Below are positions 41,391 through 51,829 of a stretch of DNA of 64,000 nucleotides, one piece after another. Source of the stretch: Candidatus Falkowbacteria bacterium RIFOXYC2_FULL_36_12 (GTDB taxonomy: Bacteria > Patescibacteriota > Patescibacteriia > UBA11705). The stretch lies in contig MFGJ01000001.1 of assembly GCA_001778235.1 (NCBI GenBank), forward strand, positions 69,302-133,301. Reading direction: 5' to 3'. Under the pieces are notes generated by a model. It saw nothing but the letters and a program-made list of their open reading frames with translations, did no database searches and was not told where the DNA came from. Made by a program: the position numbers and the translations under genes. Numbering within the stretch: position 1 is the first letter of the stretch; each line of letters opens with the position of its first letter.

Positions 41391-41855
41391 TTATTCAATT
41401 ATTATTTGTCTTTCTTGATCAGAAAGTTTGTTGCCTCCGGAGGCGGATGCCTTTACTTTGCGGATTTTTATTTTTGTAAAATTTATTTTAGATTTTTTGA
41501 ATTTTTTTTCAACTTTACTGCCCCATTCAATGAAAACAGCTGTTTGTGGATCATTTAAATATTCTTGTAAACCAATCTGAAACAGGTCTTCAGCCTCGAC
41601 TCGGTAGGCGTCTACATGTATCAATCTTTTGACTGAAGAATTTCTTTTTTTAACTGAATATATTTTCATTATAACAAATGTTGGGCTAGTTAGCCTATTT
41701 TTTATACCCAGTCCGGTGGCGATTCCTCGAATAAAAACGCTTTTTCCAGAACCGAGAGTTCCGTCTAATAAAAAAACTTCTCCGCCTTTTAGACTTGAGG
41801 AAAAGGTTGAAGCGAAATCAAGAGTTTTTTGTTCACAGTTAGAAAGATATGTCAT
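41391..41855 (-). CDS. tsaE: tRNA t6A biosynthesis ATPase TsaE
   Basis: LDGTLGSGKS, TSPTF, HVDAYR, FIEWG; start moved to ATG 41855 (upstream extension is tandem repeat). Confidence 0.93.
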   Translation of the reverse strand: MTYLSNCEQKTLDFASTFSSSLKGGEVFLLDGTLGSGKSVFIRGIATGLGIKNRLTSPTFVIMKIYSVKKRNSSVKRLIHVDAYRVEAEDLFQIGLQEYLNDPQTAVFIEWGSKVEKKFKKSKINFTKIKIRKVKASASGGNKLSDQERQIIIE

Positions 41856-41861
41856 AAAATT

Positions 41862-42000
41862 TAGTTGGGTTTCAACAAATTGCAAATCCGCTACAAATCT
41901 ACAAATAGTTGGTTTCAACAAATTGCAAATCCGCTACAAATCTACAAATAGTTGGTTTCAACAAATTGCAAATTCACTACAAATCTACAAATAGTTGGGT
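41862..42000. repeat. 43-bp tandem repeat x3
   Basis: tagttggtttcaacaaattgcaaatccgctacaaatctacaaa at 41862, 41906, 41949; inverted partial copy at 42369-42384. Confidence 0.92.
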
Positions 42001-42368
42001 AGTATTCTTTTAAAGGTGACACCGTCATTATTAAATAGTGCCAAGATTCCAAGCTTGAGCCCCGATTGGGATAAGTAACCTTTAACTTGGTCAAAATCCT
42101 TCCTTGATAAACGATCTTTACATTTTAATTCAAGAATAATTTTGTCTTCAACAAGAAAATCAAAGTAATATTGACCTACTACTTCATCTTTAAATTTAAG
42201 CTTCGCACAAAGCTCCTTCGCATGTTTTAAACCAATATCACGAAATTCTTTTGAAACAGCACTCTGGTAATGTTTTTCTTTGTGCCCTGGCCCTAATTCA
42301 TTATAAACCTCAAATAAAACACCCACAATCTTATAACTCAATTCTTTATAAATCACTTTCTCGATCAT
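41985..42368 (-). CDS. GxxExxY protein (PD-(D/E)xK-like)
   Basis: LSYKIVG..FEVYNELGPGHKEKHYQ, DFLVEDKIILELK, QVKGYL. Confidence 0.92.
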   Translation of the reverse strand: MIEKVIYKELSYKIVGVLFEVYNELGPGHKEKHYQSAVSKEFRDIGLKHAKELCAKLKFKDEVVGQYYFDFLVEDKIILELKCKDRLSRKDFDQVKGYLSQSGLKLGILALFNNDGVTFKRILPNYL

Positions 42369-42415
42369 ATTTGTAGATTTGTGGCTGATTTGTTATATGC
42401 GGAATCTAGTTTTTT

Positions 42416-43468
42416 TTATACTAATTCCCAGTTGGGATCGGGTCGAAACTTTGTGGGGTCAATAAAATCATTATTTTTGAAATGGAAATAGGCCGGAAGT
42501 GTGATCATCACGGCATTGTCACCGGTAAATTGAATTTCTGGAATTTTAATTTCTACATTTGGTAATTGATGCTGACTCAAATTTTGGATTTTTGTTCGTA
42601 AAGCTTTGTTGGCGGAAACTCCACCACCAATTAATATTGATTTTACTTTCAGTTTTTCAGCAGCATTTAAAGTTTTCAAGGCTAAAACATCTGTAACAGC
42701 TTCTTGAAATTCGTGACACATTTCGATAATATCTTTGTCTTTTAGTTTTCCCATTTTTTCTAATTTGTACAAAACAGAAGTTTTGATACCTGAAAAACTC
42801 ATTTCAAAACCTGGTTTGTCAATCATTGGTCGTGGAAGTTCGATATTTTTTTCACCAAAAAATTTATCTGCAAATTTTGAAACAATCGGTCCACCAGGAT
42901 AACCGAGACCGAGCATTTTTGCAACCTTATCAAAAGCTTCACCAACTGCATCGTCTCGTGTTCCGCCGATCCATTTGTATTTGCCGTGATCAGACATGAG
43001 AATTAAATCAGTATGTCCACCTGAAACAACAAGTGCCAAGGCTGGAAAAAGTTTTTTTATATCTAATAATTTTTCATCAAGTAAACTGGAGTAAACATGA
43101 CCCTCGATGTGATTTACTCTGATTAAAGGTTTGTTCCATGCACTGGCTAGAGTTTTGGCGGTTTCAACGCCTGTCAGAAGAGCGGGCATAAGGCCTGGCC
43201 CGCCTGTAACGGCGATTGCGTCGATGTCAGATTTTTTAAGTTTTGCTTGTTTTAATGCATGATCGATTACGGGTAAAATTTGCTCAAGGTGCATACGAGC
43301 GGCGACTTCGGGAACAACTCCGCCAAATTTGGCGTGGATTTTCACTTGGCTTGATATGATGTTGCTCAAAATTTCAACTTTATCGGTGAATTCTAAAACA
43401 GCTGCGGCTGTCTCATCGCAACTTGATTCGATTCCTAGAATTTTTATTGGTTTTGTTGAGTTTTTCAT
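42416..43468 (-). CDS. tsaD: tRNA N6-adenosine threonylcarbamoyltransferase TsaD
   Basis: LGIESSCDETA, GGVVPEVAAR, HIEGH, VSGGHT, DDAVGEAFDK, DNAVMI. Confidence 0.98.
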   Translation of the reverse strand: MKNSTKPIKILGIESSCDETAAAVLEFTDKVEILSNIISSQVKIHAKFGGVVPEVAARMHLEQILPVIDHALKQAKLKKSDIDAIAVTGGPGLMPALLTGVETAKTLASAWNKPLIRVNHIEGHVYSSLLDEKLLDIKKLFPALALVVSGGHTDLILMSDHGKYKWIGGTRDDAVGEAFDKVAKMLGLGYPGGPIVSKFADKFFGEKNIELPRPMIDKPGFEMSFSGIKTSVLYKLEKMGKLKDKDIIEMCHEFQEAVTDVLALKTLNAAEKLKVKSILIGGGVSANKALRTKIQNLSQHQLPNVEIKIPEIQFTGDNAVMITLPAYFHFKNNDFIDPTKFRPDPNWELV

Positions 43469-43556
43469 GTGGTTATTATAGCTTATAATTTTAGGGAAAG
43501 AAATACTGATACAATTTTGCTAGACATAAAAATATCATCCTACGATGATATTTTTA

Positions 43557-43631
43557 TGGTACTCCCAAGGGGAATTGAACCCCTGTTTTCAGGATGAAAA
43601 CCTGATGTCCTAACCACTAGACGATGGGAGC
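43557..43631 (-). tRNA. tRNA-Glu(TTC)
   Basis: GCTCCCATCGTCTAGTGGTTAGGACATCAGGTTTTCATCCTGAAAACAGGGGTTCAATTCCCCTTGGGAGTACCA; cloverleaf with encoded CCA. Confidence 0.96.
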
Positions 43632-43682
43632 AGAATTGGTTAACACTATAAAATTAAGTTACTTATTATTTATTTAATACTC

Positions 43683-43773
43683 CAGGATGTCTGCCAGAGG
43701 CAGATCCGCCTTTGGCGGGAAAACCTGATGTCCTAACCACTACCTACCTATCGGCAGGCAGGGACGATGGGAG
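43683..43773 (-). pseudogene. Duplicated 5' half of tRNA-Glu interrupted by two palindromic inserts
   Basis: Identical to the tRNA-Glu 5' half after removing 43690-43719 (30 nt) and 43743-43762 (20 nt). Confidence 0.88.
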
Positions 43774-43800
43774 ATAAAATATTTGAATAAATATGCGAGA

Positions 43801-43829
43801 ATTATATCAAACTTTTCCTTATTAGTCAA
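43801..43829 (-). promoter_or_regulatory. sigma70 promoter for tRNA-Glu
   Basis: TTGACT-17-TATAAT with TG extension. Confidence 0.7.
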
Positions 43830-43997
43830 GAATTACAATGGTATTGGATAAAAAAGCAATACAATCTTTATTAAACTAAGTCAATATTTAGAATTTTTCA
43901 GAAAAACTTGAAATATTTTTCATTTTAGGTTATTATTGGGCTAGAATACAGTATTTTTGAAATGCTGATTTTTAATTAATTATAAATGAAATAAATT

Positions 43998-44240
43998 ATG
44001 TCAGTACCAAAACGAAGAAAGACTTCATCAAAGACTAAAAAAGGCAGATCTCATCAAGCTTTGAAAAATCCAAATTACACAAAATGTCCAAAGTGCGGAG
44101 CCTCTGCTAGACCACACTATGCTTGCATAGAATGTGGTAGCTATAATTCCAGAGAAGTGCTAAAAACTCGAGCAACCAAGAAAGCTGGACAAAAAGCAAA
44201 GAAGGAAGCCCAGGCAAAAAAGGCACAAAAAACTAGTTAA
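43998..44240 (+). CDS. rpmF: 50S ribosomal protein L32
   Basis: MSVPKRRKTSS..RSH, CPKCG..RPHYACIECG.Y. Confidence 0.96.
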   Translation: MSVPKRRKTSSKTKKGRSHQALKNPNYTKCPKCGASARPHYACIECGSYNSREVLKTRATKKAGQKAKKEAQAKKAQKTS

Positions 44241-44318
44241 TTAAATTTTAATTAAATAGAATATGTTGGGATTACACACATATAATTGTAAATCTTAACA
44301 TTCTATATTTCCCAAACT

Positions 44319-46325
44319 ATGTCTGCAATTATGTATTTTGCTCTAGCCTGCGCTGGAGTAGCCATTATCTATGGTTTGATTCTGATCAAACAAGTTCTCA
44401 AATTAAAAGCTGGCAATGATACAATGATCTCATTGGCCAAAGCGATTCAAGAAGGGGCCAAGGCTTATTTAAACCGACAGTATAAAACAATAGCTATTAT
44501 TGGAGTAGTAATTGCCATCATTCTATACTTTGTAATTGATGGAATTACAGCGGTGGGATTTATAATTGGTGCGGTTTTGTCTGGACTAGCTGGTTATATT
44601 GGCATGAATATTTCTGTTCGAGCTAATGTAAGAACAACTGAAGCAGCAAAACAAGGACTGAAAAAAGCTTTAAATGTAGCGGTAAAGGGTGGGTCAGTTA
44701 CAGGTATGCTAGTTGTCGGTCTAGGCTTGCTAGGAGTAGCCGGATTTTATGCCTTTACCAATGATGTCCATGCCTTAATTGGATTAGGATTTGGAGGAAG
44801 TTTGATTTCAATTTTTGCCAGACTCGGTGGAGGAATTTTTACCAAAGCTGCTGATGTTGGGGCTGATCTAGTTGGAAAAGTTGAAGCTGATATCCCAGAA
44901 GATGATCCACGAAATCCTGCTGTAATTGCTGATAATGTTGGTGACAATGTTGGTGACTGCGCAGGAATGGCAGCTGATTTATTTGAAACCTATGCCGTGA
45001 CTGCTGTCGCAACCATGTTACTTGGTTCACTTATTTTTCAAAATTTTAATAACGGAATACTGTTCCCTCTACTACTTGGCGGAATTTCAATTCTAGCCTC
45101 AATCATTGGAACATTTTTCATGAAGCTCGGGCCAAAGAAAAATATTATGGGGGCGCTGTACCGAGGATTGTTGGTTGCAGGGTTGATTTCAGCGGTTGCA
45201 TTTTACTTTGCAACAAACTGGGCAATGGCAAACAATGGCCTTTTTACAACAATCAATATTTTTCTGGCATCATTGATTGGACTACTAGTTACTGGGGCGT
45301 TGGTCGTAATTACTGAATATTATACTTCAACAAAATATAAACCGGTAAAATCCATTGCCGAAGCTTCTACAACTGGACATGGTACAAATATAATTCAAGG
45401 ATTAGCTATTTCAATGAAATCAACTGCTTTACCTATTATTGTGATTGTAGCTGGGATTCTTGGCTCATATTATTTTGCAGAATTGTATGGAGTGGCAATC
45501 GCAGCCATGGCCATGCTATCTATGGCAGGGATTATTGTTACCATTGATGCCTATGGACCGATTACGGATAATGCTGGCGGAATTGCAGAAATGGCAAAGC
45601 TACCGGCTGAAGTAAGAAATGTCACAGATCCACTTGATGCTGTGGGAAATACAACAAAAGCTGTTACAAAAGGTTATGCAATCGGTTCAGCTGGACTGGC
45701 AGCGATTGTACTTTTTGCTGATTATACTCATGCATTAACTGCTGGCGGAGCTAATATACAATTTCTTCTAAGTGATCCAAAAGTTTTAGTTGGTTTATTT
45801 ATTGGTGGACTACTACCTTATTATTTTGGGGCTTTATCAATGCAAGCTGTTGGCAAAACTGCTGGCAAGGTGGTAGAAGAAGTACGAAGACAATTTAGAG
45901 AAATTAAAGGGATTATGACTGGCGAAGAAAAACCTGATTATTCAAAAGCAGTAGACATTGTGACTAAAGATGCAATTAAACAAATGATTGTTCCAGCGCT
46001 GATTCCTGTTGTTCTGCCAATATTAGTAGGGTTGCTACTTGGACCTGAAGCGCTCGGCGGATTGCTAGTAGGATGCATTGTTACAGGATTGTTTGTGGCG
46101 ATTTCTATGACAACCGGTGGTGGTGCTTGGGATAATGCAAAAAAATACATTGAAAATGGAAACTTTGGAGGTAAAGGATCAGAGGCTCACAAAGCAGCTA
46201 TTACCGGTGACACGGTTGGAGATCCTTATAAAGATACTGCTGGACCAGCAATTAATCCAATGATTAAAATTATCAATATCGTTGCTTTACTGATTGTCGG
46301 ATTAATAATTAAATTCTGGATATAA
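44319..46325 (+). CDS. hppA: Membrane-bound H+-translocating pyrophosphatase, K+-independent type
   Basis: [26 protein letters not shown] (Lys = K+-independent signature), [10 protein letters not shown]. Confidence 0.95.
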   Translation: MSAIMYFALACAGVAIIYGLILIKQVLKLKAGNDTMISLAKAIQEGAKAYLNRQYKTIAIIGVVIAIILYFVIDGITAVGFIIGAVLSGLAGYIGMNISVRANVRTTEAAKQGLKKALNVAVKGGSVTGMLVVGLGLLGVAGFYAFTNDVHALIGLGFGGSLISIFARLGGGIFTKAADVGADLVGKVEADIPEDDPRNPAVIADNVGDNVGDCAGMAADLFETYAVTAVATMLLGSLIFQNFNNGILFPLLLGGISILASIIGTFFMKLGPKKNIMGALYRGLLVAGLISAVAFYFATNWAMANNGLFTTINIFLASLIGLLVTGALVVITEYYTSTKYKPVKSIAEASTTGHGTNIIQGLAISMKSTALPIIVIVAGILGSYYFAELYGVAIAAMAMLSMAGIIVTIDAYGPITDNAGGIAEMAKLPAEVRNVTDPLDAVGNTTKAVTKGYAIGSAGLAAIVLFADYTHALTAGGANIQFLLSDPKVLVGLFIGGLLPYYFGALSMQAVGKTAGKVVEEVRRQFREIKGIMTGEEKPDYSKAVDIVTKDAIKQMIVPALIPVVLPILVGLLLGPEALGGLLVGCIVTGLFVAISMTTGGGAWDNAKKYIENGNFGGKGSEAHKAAITGDTVGDPYKDTAGPAINPMIKIINIVALLIVGLIIKFWI

Positions 46326-46378
46326 TAAATTAAATAGAAAAGAGCTGCTTATTTGGCAGTTCTTTTTGGTTTCAAATT

Positions 46379-46732
46379 TTAATTTGTGAAACTTGATAAA
46401 GCTTGGATTTCTGACTCACTAGTTTTCAGTAATTTCAAATCCATTTGACCTAGTAACCTCAAATAATGGTTAAATTTATCTATTTCATAATGAACAGTCA
46501 AACCAATTGATTTACGATACCTAGCCAGATGAAGCCAATTCTTGGCGGATGCAATTCGGGATATTTTCAGCAGTCTCATAAGTTCCTGGCTAGAAACACC
46601 AATTTCCACTGATTTACCGGGATTTGTTGTCAAAAATTGGTAAATTTCTCTAACAAGTATTTCCACATCTTCGTTTTGATACCTTTGTTTGACCAATTCA
46701 TACAATATTTTCATTTTTCTTTGTAATGTCAT
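46379..46732 (-). CDS. Hypothetical protein (orphan)
   Basis: Start at ATG 46732 behind GAGAGGA; divergent from 46873. Confidence 0.55.
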   Translation of the reverse strand: MTLQRKMKILYELVKQRYQNEDVEILVREIYQFLTTNPGKSVEIGVSSQELMRLLKISRIASAKNWLHLARYRKSIGLTVHYEIDKFNHYLRLLGQMDLKLLKTSESEIQALSSFTN

Positions 46733-46872
46733 GTTTTCCTCTCTTTCGGGTGAAACTTGACATTTTTCGCTAAAATTGGTAAGTTGTAGCATTAATCGGA
46801 CTTTGAAAAATGAATACTGTTATTTTAGCTTTTTTCCAAATGCAAAGCAAACGAAGGCAGAGGAGGAAGCTG

Positions 46873-47979
46873 ATGGCCAAAAATAAAAAAGACTTGAGTT
46901 TAAATCAAGCATACCGAGATTATTTGGTTGAAATTGGATGCATGGACAATGATGGTAACTTTGATGAAGGCAAGCTTAGTAGCTTTGCAGTTTCTCTGCA
47001 TTCTGATAAATGGGGATTGAAACAAATTGCTATGGATGTAAAAGGACTTGGTGTCCGAATTCAATCCAAACTTTATTTGTTAACGAAGGACAAGCGATTT
47101 GCACCGCGATCCCTTGATGAACTAAGAAAACTAACCGAGCTGGCACCTGAATTTGGTGAGGATCCAAATCAATTCAATGATTTGAAAAATCAGATTGATA
47201 GAAATATAAATGAATTCTTACCTGAATTTGCTGATAATAGAGTTTATGTAAAGATTCTAAAAAAATATAGAGTTGGTCACGCTGGTGGATTTATAGAAAA
47301 ATCAGCATTGGCAAGATATTTGAGTGTTTCAAGAAGTACCTTACTTTATTATGAAACCTATAAACATCCTGTAAACCCAGAAAATAAAATGAAGCTTTAT
47401 CTGGCTTTCAAGGAAATTGAGCTGGCACCAAGCAATCCACGAGAACAAGGCTTACTAGAACATTGGGCTGAAATAATTAAAACCCTACCATTTGTTGAAA
47501 CAGAGAAAACTGATGAGGACAAAACAATAGAATCGCAGCCTATTTCCATGGATAGAGCTGAACAAATTGAGGAAATCAAAAAGCAATTACTTGGTGATCA
47601 TGAATGGCTAGAAAAACTCAAAGATGCTTTGATGCTTGAGGAAATGACAGAAAAACTATCTGAAGTCAAAGTTCATGATGTGCCAGAAACTGAATTTGTT
47701 GATGAAGAATTTCTAGTTGCTCTAGAAGGTTCTTTGCGGGATGCGACTAACAGACTACAAACAATTTCTAGTCTAGATAAAATCAAAAATCAAAATGCAT
47801 TAAACGAAATGACCAAGGTATTTGCAGCTTTTGAAGATATTGTGATTGATTTGGTAGCAAAAGTTCAAAAAATTTCTCAAGGGACAATTGGAGCGAGAAG
47901 CGCTGAATTGCTACAAGATAGCCTTCGGCTTCGCGGGCAATTCAGCGGTCAACCGCAAAGACCAAAAGGGGGAAATTAG
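46873..47979 (+). CDS. XRE-like HTH-containing coiled-coil protein
   Basis: KSALARYLSVSRSTLLYYE HTH; start at ATG 46873 behind GAGGAGG; TTGACA(46757)-17-TAAGTT upstream. Confidence 0.7.
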   Translation: MAKNKKDLSLNQAYRDYLVEIGCMDNDGNFDEGKLSSFAVSLHSDKWGLKQIAMDVKGLGVRIQSKLYLLTKDKRFAPRSLDELRKLTELAPEFGEDPNQFNDLKNQIDRNINEFLPEFADNRVYVKILKKYRVGHAGGFIEKSALARYLSVSRSTLLYYETYKHPVNPENKMKLYLAFKEIELAPSNPREQGLLEHWAEIIKTLPFVETEKTDEDKTIESQPISMDRAEQIEEIKKQLLGDHEWLEKLKDALMLEEMTEKLSEVKVHDVPETEFVDEEFLVALEGSLRDATNRLQTISSLDKIKNQNALNEMTKVFAAFEDIVIDLVAKVQKISQGTIGARSAELLQDSLRLRGQFSGQPQRPKGGN

Positions 47980-47981
47980 AG

Positions 47982-49967
47982 ATGGCAAAGCCACAGAAAT
48001 CAAACTGTCTTAGAGTAAAAGCTGGGGTTTCTGATATTGTTTTTCGAAGAAGAGTTGCTCAAAATAGCGAATTATCTGCAATCAGAGAAATTCTGGATAA
48101 TGCTATGGATGCTGGCACTGCTGAAGTAATCTGCTTTCTCGATAATCCTGAAAAACCAACAAGATTTACTGTGGTTGATACAGGAACTGGTATGGCACCT
48201 GATGCTTTTGAAGCATTTTTCAATTATGGTATGTCTTCGTGGAAAAGAACTAAAACAAAAGGTAGAAACGGTGAAGGTGCAATTTTTATTTTGCATCATG
48301 TGAAAAGTGTACGATATATTACCAAGACTGCTGATATTGACTTTGCTAGAACTTTTAGACTTGACCTTGATAGCTGGCTGAATCTGGTGACTACCAATGC
48401 TGAAGTAGAAATCCAAGAAATCCCCCTCGGAACTCATCAATACGAGCCAGAAGGGGCTGAATCATTTACGATTGTTGAGATGGAGCTTTACAAAGCAAAG
48501 GCTAACGCATTTACACTAAGTAACCTGATTGAAAATCTAGCTGAATATCTGGCACCTCAATATGTTGATCGTGTTTTCATCAATGGTGAAAAAATCCAAC
48601 CGATTGAAGGATTGATTCGAGTAAATCACACAAAAGAAGATCGAGTGCTGGGAGAAATTGTTGCAACAATCTACAGACCAAAGATGCGTAGAACAAAGTC
48701 AACACGATTCAAATTGTCGATTGGAGCATTTGGTCCGATTGTTGATTTTCATAATTTTGTAAGCCGTTTCCCAAAAGACTTACAACAAGATATTCCTTCA
48801 TTGTATTCTGATCCTGATGTTTGTGGCAACATTGATGTAGCGAGATTTAATGACTGGAGAGACGGCGCATCTAATGAATTTTTGTCTGATTTGTTTAATG
48901 AGAGAGCTCTACTTGAACAGTTTGTGCGATATCTGAAAAGTTTGGCAAAAGTAATCAGTAAGGAGTTTGGTTATTCTGATAGTTCAATGGCTGACCGAGA
49001 GGTGAAAAACCTAGAGGTATTGCGAGCTCAATCTATTGCTGCTTTTGGTGAAATTCCAAATCCACAAACAGAAACTACTGGCAGAAGAATGCCCCATACT
49101 TTCAATGTGTCTCCATATTCAAGCTTTATGGTACCGGGTGAAGGCCAGATTTTTGAAGTAGCTAAGTGTAGGAGAAATGATGTTTTTCACTGGGATACCA
49201 GTCATCTACCAAAGCATTCAATCAAACCACTTGACCCTAAAAATCAAAGCGTTGAAATTACAATTCTACAAGATGCAAAATATGAACTGAAAGAACAGTA
49301 CAGAATCATTGTGACTAGAAATGATCAAGAAGCAGAAATTAAAATTGCATATGTTGAGATCCAGCCTGTAAAAAGAATGAGGCTTCAGCCAAGATTCAGT
49401 AATGATCACTTGCCCAATGATCTTCTGGTAATCCAAGTAAAGGATATGCCCGGAGCAACCTTGAAACTTGAATGGTCAGTTGAACCAGCTGACGCTGGAA
49501 CCTTTATGAGATCGAAAAATATTATGACTCAAACATTTGTTTTTAACCGACCTGGCATGTGTACGGTAACAGCAAAAGATCCAAACAATCAGGCTATTGT
49601 GGCGCAAGGGAAATATCATTGTCGAGATTCAGTAAAAGTTGGTGAATATGAATCCGGAGTGATTGTACCCCAAATCAGACTGGTAAACACAATTATGACA
49701 ATTAGAACCTATAGAGATGACCAACTACCGAAGCAAGCTTATCTACTTGGCAATGAATCAGATGGTAACCATGTTGTCTGCAGAATTAATACTGCACATC
49801 CAGCGTACAAAGATGCATCAAGGACTGACAGTGCTTGGAGAACCTATGTTTTGACTCTGCTGGTACAACAGGATGTTTTTAGGAGATTTAGTTCAGGTAG
49901 TGATCAAAGACTCCGGTCAATCAATGATGTTGCAGATGAAATTGGCGAAATTCTTTCAAAATTTTAA
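47982..49967 (+). CDS. GHKL (MORC/HATPase_c-like) ATPase with Ig-like C-terminal region
   Basis: AIREILDNAMDA (N box), DTGTGM (G1), GRNGEG (G2); beta-rich PGEGQIFEV/WSVE/PGMCTVTAKD segments; INTAHP near C-terminus. Confidence 0.8.
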   Translation: MAKPQKSNCLRVKAGVSDIVFRRRVAQNSELSAIREILDNAMDAGTAEVICFLDNPEKPTRFTVVDTGTGMAPDAFEAFFNYGMSSWKRTKTKGRNGEGAIFILHHVKSVRYITKTADIDFARTFRLDLDSWLNLVTTNAEVEIQEIPLGTHQYEPEGAESFTIVEMELYKAKANAFTLSNLIENLAEYLAPQYVDRVFINGEKIQPIEGLIRVNHTKEDRVLGEIVATIYRPKMRRTKSTRFKLSIGAFGPIVDFHNFVSRFPKDLQQDIPSLYSDPDVCGNIDVARFNDWRDGASNEFLSDLFNERALLEQFVRYLKSLAKVISKEFGYSDSSMADREVKNLEVLRAQSIAAFGEIPNPQTETTGRRMPHTFNVSPYSSFMVPGEGQIFEVAKCRRNDVFHWDTSHLPKHSIKPLDPKNQSVEITILQDAKYELKEQYRIIVTRNDQEAEIKIAYVEIQPVKRMRLQPRFSNDHLPNDLLVIQVKDMPGATLKLEWSVEPADAGTFMRSKNIMTQTFVFNRPGMCTVTAKDPNNQAIVAQGKYHCRDSVKVGEYESGVIVPQIRLVNTIMTIRTYRDDQLPKQAYLLGNESDGNHVVCRINTAHPAYKDASRTDSAWRTYVLTLLVQQDVFRRFSSGSDQRLRSINDVADEIGEILSKF

Positions 49968-50013
49968 ATAAAAAAATCGTGAATATTATTCACGGTTATT
50001 TTTTTTCAAATCA

Positions 50014-51663
50014 TTACTCGTCTTTGTCTATTTCTTGACTTTTAGCCATAAATTCTTCACGACGAATTCTATTGGCTTCGAGAATTGATTCCATTGCTTC
50101 GGTATAAAATGCTTGGTTATTTGGAATGGATTTTTTCACTTCATCTGCAATAGTACGATTTTGGAATTCTTGCCACAAATCACTACCTGTTAGAAGATAG
50201 GCGTATAGCCGACCTTCATCAGTAAGAAAGACTTTTTCTTCAATAAATTTCTTTCTAGTGACTTTGTTGGTTTTTTCATTTCTACTAATCCTAATCAGTC
50301 TTCTATCTGCAAGAATTGAAACAACTGAAGGATGTTCCTTGCTTGAACGGAAAATCCTCGTCTTATTATCAAAGCTTAGATAACCAGCTCCAACTAAATC
50401 TTTACTGACAGATTGTGGTCTCCGACCAAAATCTCCTCGACGCCTATCAACTCGATGGCCTGGTTTAGTTTTTTCTTGAATAAATCCCCAGAGAGCACAA
50501 ACAAATATTTCGGCCAAATCTGCATCAACAATTTTACGATCAGGCTTTTTAGCTACATCTTGTTTGGAATTAATAGTGGTGGGATAAGATTTGACATCTA
50601 CGCTTCTTTGACAAAATTCAGCAAAGCTTGCTTTGGCAGAGTCATAAGTCGCAATAAATTTTTCTAGCTCATCCAGTTGAAAGTTTTTAGGGTTTAATTC
50701 AATAGTATGGTTGCTAAGATCAACAGGATTGTATGCACGAATTTCATGCAGACCTAGAACCATGCCCCAAAATCGGCCTTCTTCGCCAACCAGCTCAAAG
50801 GTTGACATGTATCGCATCAGATTTTCTTTCAAGTATTCGATTTTTTTTCTGATGTCTTCAGCTTCAATAACTCGATAAACATCAACTAATTCATTAAATC
50901 TTTCAACCTTTTGCGTGAGAAGCTTTACTTTTGTTCTGATTCTTTCAAACTTAATTTTTGTTGGTTGAATCTCTCTGAAATCTTGTTCAATAATCGGCTT
51001 CATCTCTGGCAAGGTTTCTCTGGTAATCTTTTCAATTTTTTGTCCAACATCAATCAAAATTCCCCAAGCATCATAGATTTCCTGCTCAAAATCAGTTTCC
51101 CTACATTCAGCTTCAGTGCGATCAATTTCATTTTCAATTTCATCCTGTTGTTCAGCCAAATCACTATCAATGGTCTGATAAGCTTCAACTAATTTACAAA
51201 ATTCTACATAAATTGTTGTGAGCTTGCCACAAAGTTTACGCATAAAACTTGCTTCATCAGCAATCAAACCAGTTGAAGATTGAATTTGAAGACATTTTTC
51301 AGCTTTTTCCTGCAAAGCTTGGTTCAAGCCAACAATTTCTTCAGATCCATTAATTAGGTCTTTTTCAAGCGCCTTTAGCCTGTCAACAAGACGAGAAAAT
51401 TGAGCATGAAGCTCTCTTTCATCACCCTGCAAAATCAAATTGATTGAGGCAATAAGATGTTCGATGATTGATTTTGTTTCAAGTCTATTTTCCAAAATAT
51501 TGGAATGTATAAATGTTTCTTCGAGAAACTCTACCAATCGATCCAATTTTTCCATCAAATGTGAAATTTGCCCGCCATATTGATCAGATTTTTGCGGAAG
51601 TTTTCTGTTCATACCACCTCGAGATTTCACAACTGAAGTCTTTTTATCAAGATGCTTTACCAT
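50014..51663 (-). CDS. Long coiled-coil protein with possible C-terminal winged helix
   Basis: ~330 aa heptad-rich helical region, then ILADRRLIR...VFLTDEGR; GGGGAGGAG SD and TTGACA promoter. Confidence 0.7.
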   Translation of the reverse strand: MVKHLDKKTSVVKSRGGMNRKLPQKSDQYGGQISHLMEKLDRLVEFLEETFIHSNILENRLETKSIIEHLIASINLILQGDERELHAQFSRLVDRLKALEKDLINGSEEIVGLNQALQEKAEKCLQIQSSTGLIADEASFMRKLCGKLTTIYVEFCKLVEAYQTIDSDLAEQQDEIENEIDRTEAECRETDFEQEIYDAWGILIDVGQKIEKITRETLPEMKPIIEQDFREIQPTKIKFERIRTKVKLLTQKVERFNELVDVYRVIEAEDIRKKIEYLKENLMRYMSTFELVGEEGRFWGMVLGLHEIRAYNPVDLSNHTIELNPKNFQLDELEKFIATYDSAKASFAEFCQRSVDVKSYPTTINSKQDVAKKPDRKIVDADLAEIFVCALWGFIQEKTKPGHRVDRRRGDFGRRPQSVSKDLVGAGYLSFDNKTRIFRSSKEHPSVVSILADRRLIRISRNEKTNKVTRKKFIEEKVFLTDEGRLYAYLLTGSDLWQEFQNRTIADEVKKSIPNNQAFYTEAMESILEANRIRREEFMAKSQEIDKDE

Positions 51664-51829
51664 GGTTTGCTCCTCCCCTGGTTTTCAATGAACTGATTTA
51701 CCAGTAAAATTACTATATTTTTGTATTTTTGTCAAGTGTTTCTACTTTTATGCTTGATTTTGTTAAAACAGGATGCTATAATCAAAAAACTATAAAGATT
51801 ATAATTTAACTAATTTTACTAATTTTATT

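Noticed and set aside
41862-42000. CRISPR array or N-terminal extension of TsaE
   Set aside because: Head-to-tail repeats without spacers; TsaE homology starts at ATG 41855.
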